This document shows positions 9,938-19,471 of a DNA stretch of 64,000 bases, in pieces (position 1 is the stretch's first letter; each line of letters opens with the position of its first letter). The stretch covers positions 51,846 through 115,845 of the forward strand of contig CACEGG010000002.1 of the NCBI GenBank assembly GCA_902559035.1, written 5' to 3'. The translations under genes were made by a program, and so were the position numbers. The notes beneath the pieces are model-generated. The model was given only the letters and a program-made list of their open reading frames with translations, made no database searches and was not told the DNA's origin. This DNA comes from an uncultured Bacteroidota bacterium. GTDB lineage: Bacteria; Bacteroidota; Bacteroidia; Flavobacteriales; Flavobacteriaceae.

Positions 9938-10960
9938 TTAAAATGTTTTTTTGATTGTTTTTAATAATGCCGTTGGAGTTACTGAATTTTCAAAAGAATT
10001 AATGGTAGAGATATTTACTAAAATGGTTTTTAGTTTTAAAAACAACTCTTCCATTTTAGTTACAAATTCCATTGCTTGTGAGGGGGTTTTGTCGTAACAA
10101 GCTTTTTTTATCAAAGTGCCTTTTAAAAAAAGTGATTCGATAGAGGATACTGCTTTCCATGTAAAATCATTATCTTTTACTTTATCTAGAAACTTTGGAA
10201 AAGCATTTCTTGTAAACATGATTTCAAATTCTTGGGCTCTGAGAAAAATATCTATCTTTTGTAAAATTTCTGTTTTTTTTCTGAGCTCGTTTTGTTTCTT
10301 GTTTTCAAGGTCTCTTTTTAATTTATTATATCCTTTGTAGCTAGTGCTAGACGAATCTTCAACATTCTTAAATTGGTTTTCATTAAAAATAGCTTCTGCA
10401 AATTCTTTTAAGTCGTGTTCAACATCCCAGGACTTCCCTTCGGATATTTTTTTTATAGCAAAATCTATGAGCAGATTATTTTGATCCTTATTGTTATTAT
10501 TAAAAACTTGGGAAACCGCTTCTTCAATAATATCTTGATGGTTTATTGTTACATTAAAATCTGATGAATAATTTAACTCGTTTGCAAAAGATCTTATTAT
10601 ATGGTGACTAAAGCTATCTAATGTATCTATCTGAAAAAAGGAAAAATCATGTAATATCTTGATTAGTCTCGTTTTAGATTTTCTATTTATCTCCTCGTTT
10701 GAAAAATTTAACCTTTTTTTTACTTCGATAAAAAGAGGTGATGGGTTTTTATTATTTTCAGGGATTGAAAACTCCTTTAGAGAATACAATACTCTTTCTT
10801 TCATTTCTTGAGCAGCTTTATTTGTAAAGGTCAAGGCTAGTATTCGTTTAAAATAATCATCGTCTTGAGATTTAAGAATTTTGGTTAATACGCGTTCTGC
10901 TAGCGCAAATGTTTTGCCCGATCCTGCAGAAGCGTTTATAATTTCAAAAGCTGGTGTCAA
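9938..10960 (-). CDS. UvrD-family helicase / AddA-like, N-terminal fragment (Walker A)
   Basis: N-terminal INASAGSGKTFAL Walker A and ILALTFTNKAAQEM motif Ia. The fragment ends at a stop placed 1 nt out of frame with the downstream fragment, at a T7 run (9946-9952). Confidence 0.8.
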   Translation of the reverse strand: MTPAFEIINASAGSGKTFALAERVLTKILKSQDDDYFKRILALTFTNKAAQEMKERVLYSLKEFSIPENNKNPSPLFIEVKKRLNFSNEEINRKSKTRLIKILHDFSFFQIDTLDSFSHHIIRSFANELNYSSDFNVTINHQDIIEEAVSQVFNNNNKDQNNLLIDFAIKKISEGKSWDVEHDLKEFAEAIFNENQFKNVEDSSSTSYKGYNKLKRDLENKKQNELRKKTEILQKIDIFLRAQEFEIMFTRNAFPKFLDKVKDNDFTWKAVSSIESLFLKGTLIKKACYDKTPSQAMEFVTKMEELFLKLKTILVNISTINSFENSVTPTALLKTIKKTF

Positions 10961-11033
10961 AAAAAAATCTTAGTTACTAGTAAAAATACACGATTATTAA
11001 TTAATTTTATCACTTAATAAATAAACTATAATT

Positions 11034-11642
11034 ATGGCTTTTGAACTTCCTTCTTTAAATTATTCCTTTGATGCCTTAGAGCCCCACATCGATACAAAGA
11101 CTATGCAAATCCATCACGGGAAACACCATGCTGGGTATACCAATAACCTAAATAATGCAATCAAAGGGACAGATTTAGAAACAATGTCAATTGAAACTAT
11201 TTTGGCAGAATTAAATCTCAATAACACTGCTGTAAGAAATAATGGAGGGGGATTTTTTAATCATTCTCTTTTTTGGAATATTATGAGTCCTAACGGAGGT
11301 GGTGTTCCTTCAGGAGATTTAGCTTCTGCAATAAATGATTCATTTGGAAGCTTTGATGAGTTTAAATCTGCTTTTTCTAAAGCTGCTGGAACTAGGTTTG
11401 GTTCAGGGTGGGCTTGGCTTTGTGTTCATCCGGGAGGAAAATTAGAGATTTGTTCAACCCCTAACCAAGACAACCCTCTTATGAAAGGTGTTGGTTGTGG
11501 TGGACAACCTATCCTTGGCCTAGATGTTTGGGAACATGCTTATTACTTAAATTATCAAAACAGAAGGCCTGACTATATTTCTGGTTTTTTTAACGTAATA
11601 AACTGGGGTTTTGTTTCTAAGCTGTATAGTGAAAATTCCTAA
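11034..11642 (+). CDS. sodA: Fe/Mn superoxide dismutase
   Basis: HHGKHH, FNHSLFW and [18 protein letters not shown] are canonical Fe/Mn-SOD motifs. Confidence 0.9.
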   Translation: MAFELPSLNYSFDALEPHIDTKTMQIHHGKHHAGYTNNLNNAIKGTDLETMSIETILAELNLNNTAVRNNGGGFFNHSLFWNIMSPNGGGVPSGDLASAINDSFGSFDEFKSAFSKAAGTRFGSGWAWLCVHPGGKLEICSTPNQDNPLMKGVGCGGQPILGLDVWEHAYYLNYQNRRPDYISGFFNVINWGFVSKLYSENS

Positions 11643-13504
11643 TAGGCTCTTTTGCCTGTTCCCTCGTAATAATTTACAAAGGCTTGGTTAACCACCTTGT
11701 TTCCTCCGGGCGTAGGATAATTCCCTGTAAAATACCAGTCCCCAAGGTTTTTAGGACAGGCTTTGTGTAAATTTTCTACAGGCTGAAAAATAACCTGAAC
11801 TTTTGATTTAATATCTCCTTCTTTTAGTATTTTGGATATTTGGTCAGAGATTTGTTCATCAGAATAATCCGAATAGATTTGGGAAACTTTATTCTTCATT
11901 TTCAAAGACGGTAACTTTAACTCTTTAAGACAGTCTTGATAGGTCTTTTTTATTATACTCTCTTTTCCTTCGTTTTTTAGAAGTCTGATGGCCGCTCTAA
12001 AAGCAATAAAGTCTTCCATTTTAGCCATATCAATTCCATAACAATCTGGATACCTGATTTGAGGGGCGCTTGAGACTATGATCACCTTCATAGGGTTTAG
12101 TCTGTCCAAAATCTTTAAGATACTTTTCTGAAGTGTAGTGCCTCTTACAATACTATCATCGATTATAACAAGCGTGTCTGTTTCTTTAATAGAACCATAA
12201 GTAACATCATAAACATGGGCAACTAGCTCGTCTCTATTGGCATCGTCAGCAATAAAAGTTCTAAGTTTTGCGTCCTTAATTGCTACTTTTTCAATTCTAG
12301 GTTTCAATAAAAAAAGCTTCTTAAGCATCTCATTAGACAGGTTTTCTTTAGAGTCTAAAACTTTTTTAATTGATTGCTTGCTAATATATTTTTGTGCTTC
12401 ATGTACCATTCCATAAAATGATGTCTCCGCGGTATTTGGGATGTATGAAAAAACCGTATTGACTAAATCTCCATTAATTGCTTTAGCAATTTTTGGGAAC
12501 AAAAGTTCTCCTAGTTTTTTTCTCTCAAGATATATTTCTTTGTCGCTTCCCCTGGAAAAATATATCCTTTCAAAAGAACAAGCTTTTCTTTCCCTTTGTT
12601 CTAGTATAGGTCTTGTAGAAACTTTTCCTGACTTTTTAATTATTATACTATGACCCGCTTCAAGCTCTTGAATATCTTCGTACTTAGTGTTAAATACCGT
12701 CTGTATTACAGGTCTTTCTGAAGCAACCACAGCAACTTCGTCGTTTTTAAAAAAATACGCTGGCCTAATTGCCGAGGGGTCTCTTAGCACAAAAGCGTCG
12801 CCATGACCAAGAAGGCCAGCCATTGCATAACCACCATCCCAATCTTTCGAGGCTTTCCTCAGAATTTTGCTAATTTTTAATCTCTTTTCTATAAGAGGAG
12901 AAGCTTCTTGCTTGTTGTAGCCTTCTTTTTTTAAATCACGATATATTTTATGAACCGCATCATCCAAAAAATGTCCTATTTTTTCCATAACAGTGACAGA
13001 GTCAACTTTACTTTTAGGATGCTGTCCTAATTTCACAAGATTTTCAAAAAGCTCATCATTATTTGTCATGTTGAAGTTTCCTGCTACAATAAGGTTTCTA
13101 TGAGTCCAATTGTTCTGCCTTAAAAAAGGATGAACGCTTTCGATGTTGTTTTTTCCAAATGTCCCATATCTAACGTGTCCTAAAAGCAATTCCCCTTGAA
13201 AAGGAGTGTTGTTTTGATTACTATCTGAAGCTTGGATTCTTTCAGTAATTCTTGAAAAAATTTCTTGTATTGGTTGTTTTGCTGAGGACCTTTCTCTAAA
13301 AATATACTTTTCACCTGGCTTTGCATTAATTTTAACCGTAGCCAAGCCCGCACCATCTTGTCCCCGATTGTGCTGTTTCTCCATCATCAAATACATTTTA
13401 TTGACACCATAGGATTTGGTGCCATATTTTTTGTGATAATATTCCAGGGGTTTGAGCAATCTAATCAGCGCTATTCCGCATTCGTGTTTAATATGATCGC
13501 TCAT
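11639..13504 (-). CDS. purF: amidophosphoribosyltransferase (long Bacteroidota form)
   Basis: N-terminal nucleophile HECGI, class-II amidotransferase fold motifs, and the PRPP loop [13 protein letters not shown]. Confidence 0.85.
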   Translation of the reverse strand: MSDHIKHECGIALIRLLKPLEYYHKKYGTKSYGVNKMYLMMEKQHNRGQDGAGLATVKINAKPGEKYIFRERSSAKQPIQEIFSRITERIQASDSNQNNTPFQGELLLGHVRYGTFGKNNIESVHPFLRQNNWTHRNLIVAGNFNMTNNDELFENLVKLGQHPKSKVDSVTVMEKIGHFLDDAVHKIYRDLKKEGYNKQEASPLIEKRLKISKILRKASKDWDGGYAMAGLLGHGDAFVLRDPSAIRPAYFFKNDEVAVVASERPVIQTVFNTKYEDIQELEAGHSIIIKKSGKVSTRPILEQRERKACSFERIYFSRGSDKEIYLERKKLGELLFPKIAKAINGDLVNTVFSYIPNTAETSFYGMVHEAQKYISKQSIKKVLDSKENLSNEMLKKLFLLKPRIEKVAIKDAKLRTFIADDANRDELVAHVYDVTYGSIKETDTLVIIDDSIVRGTTLQKSILKILDRLNPMKVIIVSSAPQIRYPDCYGIDMAKMEDFIAFRAAIRLLKNEGKESIIKKTYQDCLKELKLPSLKMKNKVSQIYSDYSDEQISDQISKILKEGDIKSKVQVIFQPVENLHKACPKNLGDWYFTGNYPTPGGNKVVNQAFVNYYEGTGKRAY

Positions 13505-13527
13505 TATTTAAAAATAATTAAAATTAT

Positions 13528-14439
13528 CTAATACCTTGTGTATTTTTTAAATTCTTTAAGCCTATTGTCGACCGTTTCTTTATCTAAATTTTTCATAACA
13601 GCTGTACCAAAGCCTTCGACACAGAACGAAGCCATTACAGTTCCATTCACAACTGCTAATTTCATGCCCTCGAAATCTATTTCATCAATTTGTGACAGAT
13701 AACCTGCAAATCCTCCCGCAAAACTGTCTCCAGCGCCGGTTGGATCTTTAACTTTTTCAACTGGAAATGCTGGCACTGTGAAGAATTCTCCATCTTCAAA
13801 AAGCATTGCGCCATGTTCTCCTTTTTTTATTACAATTTGGCTAGGGCCAAAAGACAGAATTTCTTTTGCCGCGGCAAATAATGTGTTTTTGCCAGAAAGC
13901 TGAAGAGCTTCTTCGTCATTAATTATGATTATATCAACCCTGCCTATCACTTTCATAAGCTCATCTAGTGCATTGTCCATCCAAAAATTCATGGTGTCCA
14001 ATATTACGCACTTTTTATTAGTGTCAAGCTGGTCTAAAACTGTATTTTGAACTAATGGGTGAAGGTTTCCTAAAACTATAATTTCAGCATTTTTATTTTC
14101 ATCTTTGACGATAGGATTAAAATCAGCTAACACGTTAAGCTGAGTGCTTAAAGTGTCTCTTTTGTTCCAATCTTTATGATACTTCCCTTTCCAATAAAAT
14201 GTCTTTCCTTTTGGGACAATTTCAATTGAGTCGGTATTAATTCCTTTTGAGTTTAACATCTCCAGATTTTCTTTTTCAAAATCACCGCCAACAATTGAAA
14301 TTATTGATGACTGTGTGTCAAACAATGAGGCGCTCAAGCCGATATATGTTCCTGCTCCTCCAAGAATTTTTCCGGATGATTCTGTGGGTGTTTCTATTTC
14401 GTCATAAGCGACCGTGCCTACAATAAGTGTTTTTTTCAA
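13528..14439 (-). CDS. PfkB family sugar/nucleoside kinase
   Basis: The C-terminal DPTGAGDSFAGGF signature and an N-terminal GG motif. Confidence 0.75.
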   Translation of the reverse strand: MKKTLIVGTVAYDEIETPTESSGKILGGAGTYIGLSASLFDTQSSIISIVGGDFEKENLEMLNSKGINTDSIEIVPKGKTFYWKGKYHKDWNKRDTLSTQLNVLADFNPIVKDENKNAEIIVLGNLHPLVQNTVLDQLDTNKKCVILDTMNFWMDNALDELMKVIGRVDIIIINDEEALQLSGKNTLFAAAKEILSFGPSQIVIKKGEHGAMLFEDGEFFTVPAFPVEKVKDPTGAGDSFAGGFAGYLSQIDEIDFEGMKLAVVNGTVMASFCVEGFGTAVMKNLDKETVDNRLKEFKKYTRY

Positions 14440-14921
14440 AATAATGTGTTTAGGTCATTGTCTTCATATCCTGTATCAGAAAACAAGTTTTCTCCACTAG
14501 CTGCATTGAAAGCAAGCTTGTCGCATCTCTCGTTTTGAGGATGGTTATTGTGTCCTTTTATCCAATGAAACTTAATGCTATTTTTCTTATACAAGCTTAA
14601 AAAATCAAGCCACAAATCTACATTTTTTTTGTTTTTAAATTTTATCTTTTCCCATTTAAATAACCATTTTTTTTCAATGGAATCAACAACATATTTTGAA
14701 TCTGTATAAACGGTTATTTTGAGGTTTGTTTGTTTAAGTTTTTTTAAAGCCTCTATGACCGCCATAAGCTCCATCCTGTTGTTGGTTGTAAGCTTAAACC
14801 CTTTTGAGTATTCTTTAACAAAACCTGTTTTACAATGCTCCATAACAATCCCATAACCACCTGGACCAGGATTTCCTCTTGAGGATCCATCAGTATATAT
14901 TATTACATCACTATTATTCAT
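14436..14921 (-). CDS. rnhA: ribonuclease HI
   Basis: IYTDGSSRGNPGPGGYG, NNRMELMA, VYTDSKYV and WIKGHNNHPQNERCDKLA. Confidence 0.9.
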   Translation of the reverse strand: MNNSDVIIYTDGSSRGNPGPGGYGIVMEHCKTGFVKEYSKGFKLTTNNRMELMAVIEALKKLKQTNLKITVYTDSKYVVDSIEKKWLFKWEKIKFKNKKNVDLWLDFLSLYKKNSIKFHWIKGHNNHPQNERCDKLAFNAASGENLFSDTGYEDNDLNTLF

Positions 14922-15534
14922 CTTCTAACAACTTTTCTATTATACGAGGGTAGTGAAAATGTTCTAATTTTAGAATTTTTTTTGACAGGGTTTCTGCAGA
15001 CTCATTTTTAGACAATTCTACTTTTTTTTGAAAAATAATAGCCCCCGTGTCGTAGTCTTTATTGACATAATGGATTGTAAGTCCAGAAAAAAGTTCGTGG
15101 TTTTCAACAACACTACGATGTATGTTTATTCCATACATGCCTTTTCCGCCATATGAGGGCAGAAGTGCTGGGTGAATATTTATTATTCTATTTTTAAAGC
15201 TATTGATTATTCCTGCTGGCATTTTTAATAGAAATCCTGCCAAAATTATTAGGCTTGGGTTTAAGTTTAAAAGAGTTTTTAAAACACCTCCGTCTTCCAA
15301 GTTGTTTTTTTCGAAAACAATTGTTTTGATCCCAATATTTTGAAATTTTTGAATAACTGGGGCGGATTTTTTGTTACTATAAAGAGCCTCTATATTAACG
15401 GCTTGATTCTTTTGAAAATATTCATGGATTTTAATAGCATTTGAGCCAGATCCTGAAGCAAAAACTACAATATTTTTAATTGTTTTTTTCAATATTTGAT
15501 TTTTTTTTAACAAAATAAAGCTTTTCTCTCCCAT
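14914..15534 (-). CDS. purN: phosphoribosylglycinamide formyltransferase
   Basis: VVFASGSGSN, IINIHPALLPSYGG and the TIHYV..DYDTG formyl-transferase motifs. Confidence 0.85.
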   Translation of the reverse strand: MGEKSFILLKKNQILKKTIKNIVVFASGSGSNAIKIHEYFQKNQAVNIEALYSNKKSAPVIQKFQNIGIKTIVFEKNNLEDGGVLKTLLNLNPSLIILAGFLLKMPAGIINSFKNRIINIHPALLPSYGGKGMYGINIHRSVVENHELFSGLTIHYVNKDYDTGAIIFQKKVELSKNESAETLSKKILKLEHFHYPRIIEKLLEDE

Positions 15535-15603
15535 AAATCAACGATTTGACTTAGTCTTTTTTTTAATTTTAATAAAAATGAGGCTATATAATGTAAAGTT
15601 TTT

Positions 15604-15611
15604 TATTTTTG
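15604..15611 (+). promoter_or_regulatory. -7 promoter box (TATTTTTG) upstream of acpP
   Basis: Matches TAnnTTTG, 21 nt upstream of the ATG at 15633. Confidence 0.45.
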
Positions 15612-15632
15612 TCGCAACTTTAAAAAATAATT

Positions 15633-15866
15633 ATGTCTGATATTACATCTAGAGTTAATGCAATTATTGTCGACAAATTAGGTGTTGACGAAAATGAGGT
15701 TGTGCCATCCGCAAGTTTTACTAATGACTTAGGCGCTGATTCCCTCGATACAGTTGAACTAATCATGGAATTTGAAAGAGAGTTTGATATTCAAATCCCA
15801 GATGATCAAGCTGAGAAAATTGCTACTGTTGGTCAAGCCGTTCAGTATATAGAAAGTTCAAAATAG
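15633..15866 (+). CDS. acpP: acyl carrier protein
   Basis: [17 protein letters not shown] phosphopantetheine-attachment motif; 77 aa. Confidence 0.95.
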   Translation: MSDITSRVNAIIVDKLGVDENEVVPSASFTNDLGADSLDTVELIMEFEREFDIQIPDDQAEKIATVGQAVQYIESSK

Positions 15867-15870
15867 TTTT

Positions 15871-17124
15871 ATGGAACTAAAGCGTGTTGTTGTTACCGGG
15901 CTTGGTGCACTAACACCTATTGGTAACACTGTTTCAGAATATTGGAATGGATTAGTTTCAGGTAAAAGCGGAGCTAATAACATTACTTATTTTGATGCTT
16001 CAAATTTTAAAACCCAATTTGCTTGTGAGCTTAAAGGTTTTAATGCTGAAGATTTTATGGACAGAAAACTTGCCCGAAAAATGGACAGGTTTGCTCAATA
16101 TGCTATAGTCTCGTCTGAAGAGGCTATTGCGGATTCTCGTCTAATTGAAGACGATGTAGACAAAGACCGCATTGGTGTTATTTGGGGGGCAGGCATTGGT
16201 GGGCTTGAAACTTTTCAAAATGAGGTTTTGGGTTTTGCTGCAGGAAACGGCACCCCTAGATTTAACCCTTTCATGATACCTAAAATGATCCCTGATATTG
16301 CTCCTGGAATAATTTCGATAAGAAATGGGTTCCGTGGACCTAATTTCGCTACCGTTTCTGCGTGTGCTTCGTCAGCTAATGCTTTAATTGACGGTTTAAA
16401 TTATATTCGTTTAGGCCATGCTGATGTTATTGTTTCTGGCGGGTCTGAAGCAGGGGTTTCCATTTCTGGAATTGGAGGGTTCAACGCATTACACGCTCTA
16501 TCTACAAGAAATGATAGTCCTGAGACTGCATCAAGACCATTTGATAAAGAACGAGATGGTTTTGTTCTTGGAGAAGGAGGGGGTTGTTTAATATTAGAAG
16601 AATATGAACATGCAAAAAAACGTGGTGCAAAAATTTACGCTGAACTCATTGGTGGAGGGCTTTCTGCTGATGCACACCATATGACGGCTCCACATCCAGA
16701 GGGAATCGGAGCAATTAAAGTCATGGAGAATTGCCTAAGAGATGCTAATGTTGACCTCAAAAAAATTGATACTGTAAACATGCATGGCACTTCTACTCCT
16801 TTAGGGGATGTTGCAGAATCAAAGGCGTTATACGATGTTTTTGGCGAGCATTTATATTCAATGAATATAAACTCCACTAAATCTATGACCGGACACTTAT
16901 TGGGTGCGGCTGGTGCTGTTGAGGCAATTTCATCTATATTGTCAATTAATAATGGAGTCATTCCACCAACAATTAATCATTCTACAAGCGACGAATCTAT
17001 TGACCAAAAAATAAACTTCACCTTTAATAAGTCTCAAAACCGTGAGGTTACATATGCTATGAGCAACACATTTGGCTTTGGCGGTCACAATGCATGTGTT
17101 TTGTTTAAAAAATTTGAAGAATAA
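15871..17124 (+). CDS. fabF: beta-ketoacyl-ACP synthase II
   Basis: Active-site ATVSACASS, HMTAPHP and NMHGTSTPLGD motifs, and a C-terminal FGFGGHN. Confidence 0.95.
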   Translation: MELKRVVVTGLGALTPIGNTVSEYWNGLVSGKSGANNITYFDASNFKTQFACELKGFNAEDFMDRKLARKMDRFAQYAIVSSEEAIADSRLIEDDVDKDRIGVIWGAGIGGLETFQNEVLGFAAGNGTPRFNPFMIPKMIPDIAPGIISIRNGFRGPNFATVSACASSANALIDGLNYIRLGHADVIVSGGSEAGVSISGIGGFNALHALSTRNDSPETASRPFDKERDGFVLGEGGGCLILEEYEHAKKRGAKIYAELIGGGLSADAHHMTAPHPEGIGAIKVMENCLRDANVDLKKIDTVNMHGTSTPLGDVAESKALYDVFGEHLYSMNINSTKSMTGHLLGAAGAVEAISSILSINNGVIPPTINHSTSDESIDQKINFTFNKSQNREVTYAMSNTFGFGGHNACVLFKKFEE

Positions 17125-17164
17125 TCTTTTATTTGAGTTCACATCTTAATTGTACCTTTAGTGT

Positions 17165-17629
17165 ATGGCTAATCATGTTTTAAAGCATACTGAACCCGAA
17201 TCAAATACATATCACTATGCCATTCATTGTGGGGAAGAATTTTATGTTTTAATTCTTTTATTAAATTCATCAACTGGGATGAAGCTTAAAAGAAACAGAG
17301 AAGACTTAACATTTAGGTCAACTAAAGCTTCTTTCATGGCGTATAGTTATTTTGATAAAAAAAATGATTTTAATGTCTGGCTTTATAACAATATTTCTAA
17401 GAGTTCTGGGTTTAAGCCAAAAAACAATACGCTTTTCGAAAATGACTATGAAGATTTTTTTTTATTGCCTGAAATAGGTTCTGTTGATTATATTTTGAAA
17501 TTTAGCGGAGATGAGCCTATCTTTACACAGCTTTTAACCAAAATCTCTTCAATAAAAGAGATAGTCTCTGTTTATGAGATTCCAAAAAAAAGACTAAAAT
17601 CTAAAGAAAATTTAATTTTTGAATATTAA
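17165..17629 (+). CDS. hypothetical protein; resembles the flavobacterial 'IPExxxVDY' family
   Basis: 154 aa with no catalytic motif recognised. It contains LPEIGSVDY. Its stop overlaps the pyk start. Confidence 0.4.
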   Translation: MANHVLKHTEPESNTYHYAIHCGEEFYVLILLLNSSTGMKLKRNREDLTFRSTKASFMAYSYFDKKNDFNVWLYNNISKSSGFKPKNNTLFENDYEDFFLLPEIGSVDYILKFSGDEPIFTQLLTKISSIKEIVSVYEIPKKRLKSKENLIFEY

Positions 17630-19053
17630 TGACTTTAAACAAAACTAAAATAATAGCTACCCTGGGGCCAAGCTCAACGCAAAAAACAAAGCTGAAATCA
17701 TTGATGCAAGCTGGAGTAAATGTTTTTAGGATAAATTTTTCACACGCACTTCATGATGAAGTGAAAAATACAATTACAAACATTAGAGAAATTAGCTCTG
17801 CTTTAAATGTTCATGTTTCAGTCCTCGGAGACTTACAGGGGCCGAAGATAAGGCTCGGTTTAATTAAGGAAGATGTTTCGGTAAAAAAGGGAGACATGCT
17901 CTCAATTACAACTAATAAAATTGAATATGGTAACAATTCGTTAATATCAATTAACTATCCTGATTTTCCAAAAGATGTCTCTGAGGGTGAAAAGGTTTTG
18001 GTTGATGACGGGAAGTTAATTTTTAAAATCTTGAAAACAAACAGAAAAGACTTAGTTGAGGTTAAGGTGGTTCAAGGTGGGGCGTTGAAATCAAAAAAAG
18101 GAGTTAACCTTCCTAACACAAACATTTCCTTACCTGCTCTTACTAAAAAAGACAAAGAAGACGCATTGTTTGCTATTGAAAATCATTTTGATTGGATTGC
18201 TTTGTCGTTTGTTAGAACAAAAAAAGACGTCAAGCAATTGCAAAAATTAATTGAAAAGCATTCTGAATACAAAATTCCCATAATAGCTAAAATTGAAAAG
18301 CCTGAGGCTATTGAAAACATGAATGGAATTATAAAGGTTGCGGATGGAATAATGGTCGCAAGGGGAGATTTAGGTCTGGAAATTCCAGCTGAGGAAGTTC
18401 CACTAAAACAAAAGCTTCTTGTTAAAAGAGCTAAACGGGCCAGAAAACCAATTATTATTGCTACACAAATGATGGAGTCAATGATTGATAGTCTAACGCC
18501 GTCAAGGGCAGAGGTCAACGATGTTGCGAATTCTGTAATGGATGGTGCTGATGCCGTAATGCTTTCTGGTGAAACGTCAGTGGGTAAATTTCCCGTAGAG
18601 GTTGTAAAAACCATGGGTAAAATTATTAATGGTGTTGAAAACTCTCCTTTAATCAAAGTCCCAAATACTCTTCCTGAAATTAAATCAAAAAGAGTTATCA
18701 CAAAAGCTGTTTGTTTTCATGCTTGCAATATTGCCAATGAGCTAAGTGCTTCGGCAATATGTACCTTAACTAATAGTGGATATACTGCTTGGCAAATTTC
18801 CTCTTGGAGACCCAGCTCAATAATTCTAGTATTTACTTCTAACAAAAGAATTTTATCACAACTTGCTCTTCTTTGGGGTGTTAAGTGTGTTTACTATGAT
18901 AATTTTGTCAGTACTGACAAAACAGTTGAGGAAGTAAACCAGCTTGCTGTTGATAAGGGGTTTGTGAAAAAAAACGACCTTGTTATTAACCTTGCTGCTA
19001 TGCCGGTAAAAGACAGGGGGCAGGTCAATACGCTTAGAATTTCAAGATTATAA
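17629..19053 (+). CDS. pyk: pyruvate kinase
   Basis: KIIATLGP, FRINFSH, GDLQGPKIR, MVARGDLG and ATQMMESM motifs. Confidence 0.95.
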   Translation: MTLNKTKIIATLGPSSTQKTKLKSLMQAGVNVFRINFSHALHDEVKNTITNIREISSALNVHVSVLGDLQGPKIRLGLIKEDVSVKKGDMLSITTNKIEYGNNSLISINYPDFPKDVSEGEKVLVDDGKLIFKILKTNRKDLVEVKVVQGGALKSKKGVNLPNTNISLPALTKKDKEDALFAIENHFDWIALSFVRTKKDVKQLQKLIEKHSEYKIPIIAKIEKPEAIENMNGIIKVADGIMVARGDLGLEIPAEEVPLKQKLLVKRAKRARKPIIIATQMMESMIDSLTPSRAEVNDVANSVMDGADAVMLSGETSVGKFPVEVVKTMGKIINGVENSPLIKVPNTLPEIKSKRVITKAVCFHACNIANELSASAICTLTNSGYTAWQISSWRPSSIILVFTSNKRILSQLALLWGVKCVYYDNFVSTDKTVEEVNQLAVDKGFVKKNDLVINLAAMPVKDRGQVNTLRISRL

Positions 19054-19077
19054 TTAAAGTTTCTGTATTTTAGTAAT

Positions 19078-19470
19078 ATGGAGTCCACTCGTCAAAAAAA
19101 AATTGGTGTTACCCTTCAAAAAGACCTAACAATAATACTGCAAAAATTGCTTAAGGAGGGGGCAATGGGCTCAATAATTGCTTCTGTAACTAAAGTAAGG
19201 GTTTCTCCAGATTTGTCATCCGCAAAGGTTTATATCAGTATTTTTCCTGTTAAAAACACCCCCGCAATCTTTGATCTTATAAGCCAAAAGAAAAGTGAAA
19301 TCAGGAATTCTCTCGGTATTCTTGTAAAAAATCAAATCAGGAGAGTTCCTGAGCTTTTCTTTTACAATGACGACTCTCTAGAGCATATTGATTCTATTGA
19401 TGCCGCTTTGAAAAAAAATGAAGATCCAATTAAAAACACCTCTCTATTAGAAAAAAGAAAAAAAATCTAA
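19078..19470 (+). CDS. rbfA: ribosome-binding factor A
   Basis: TKVRVSPDLSSAKVYIS, plus the size and lysine-rich tail typical of RbfA. Confidence 0.85.
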   Translation: MESTRQKKIGVTLQKDLTIILQKLLKEGAMGSIIASVTKVRVSPDLSSAKVYISIFPVKNTPAIFDLISQKKSEIRNSLGILVKNQIRRVPELFFYNDDSLEHIDSIDAALKKNEDPIKNTSLLEKRKKI

Positions 19471-19471
19471 G

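Noticed and set aside
18183-18701. 172-aa antisense ORF inside pyk. Similar long antisense or shadow ORFs occur at 36841-37296 and 36170-36568 (in gltX and the SPFH gene), 16635-16961 (in fabF), 21226-21522 (in dusB), 31600-32004 (in rnr) and 40271-40627 (in mnmG).
   Set aside because: All lie opposite strongly motif-supported housekeeping genes, have no motifs of their own, and show the composition expected from reverse-complemented coding sequence.
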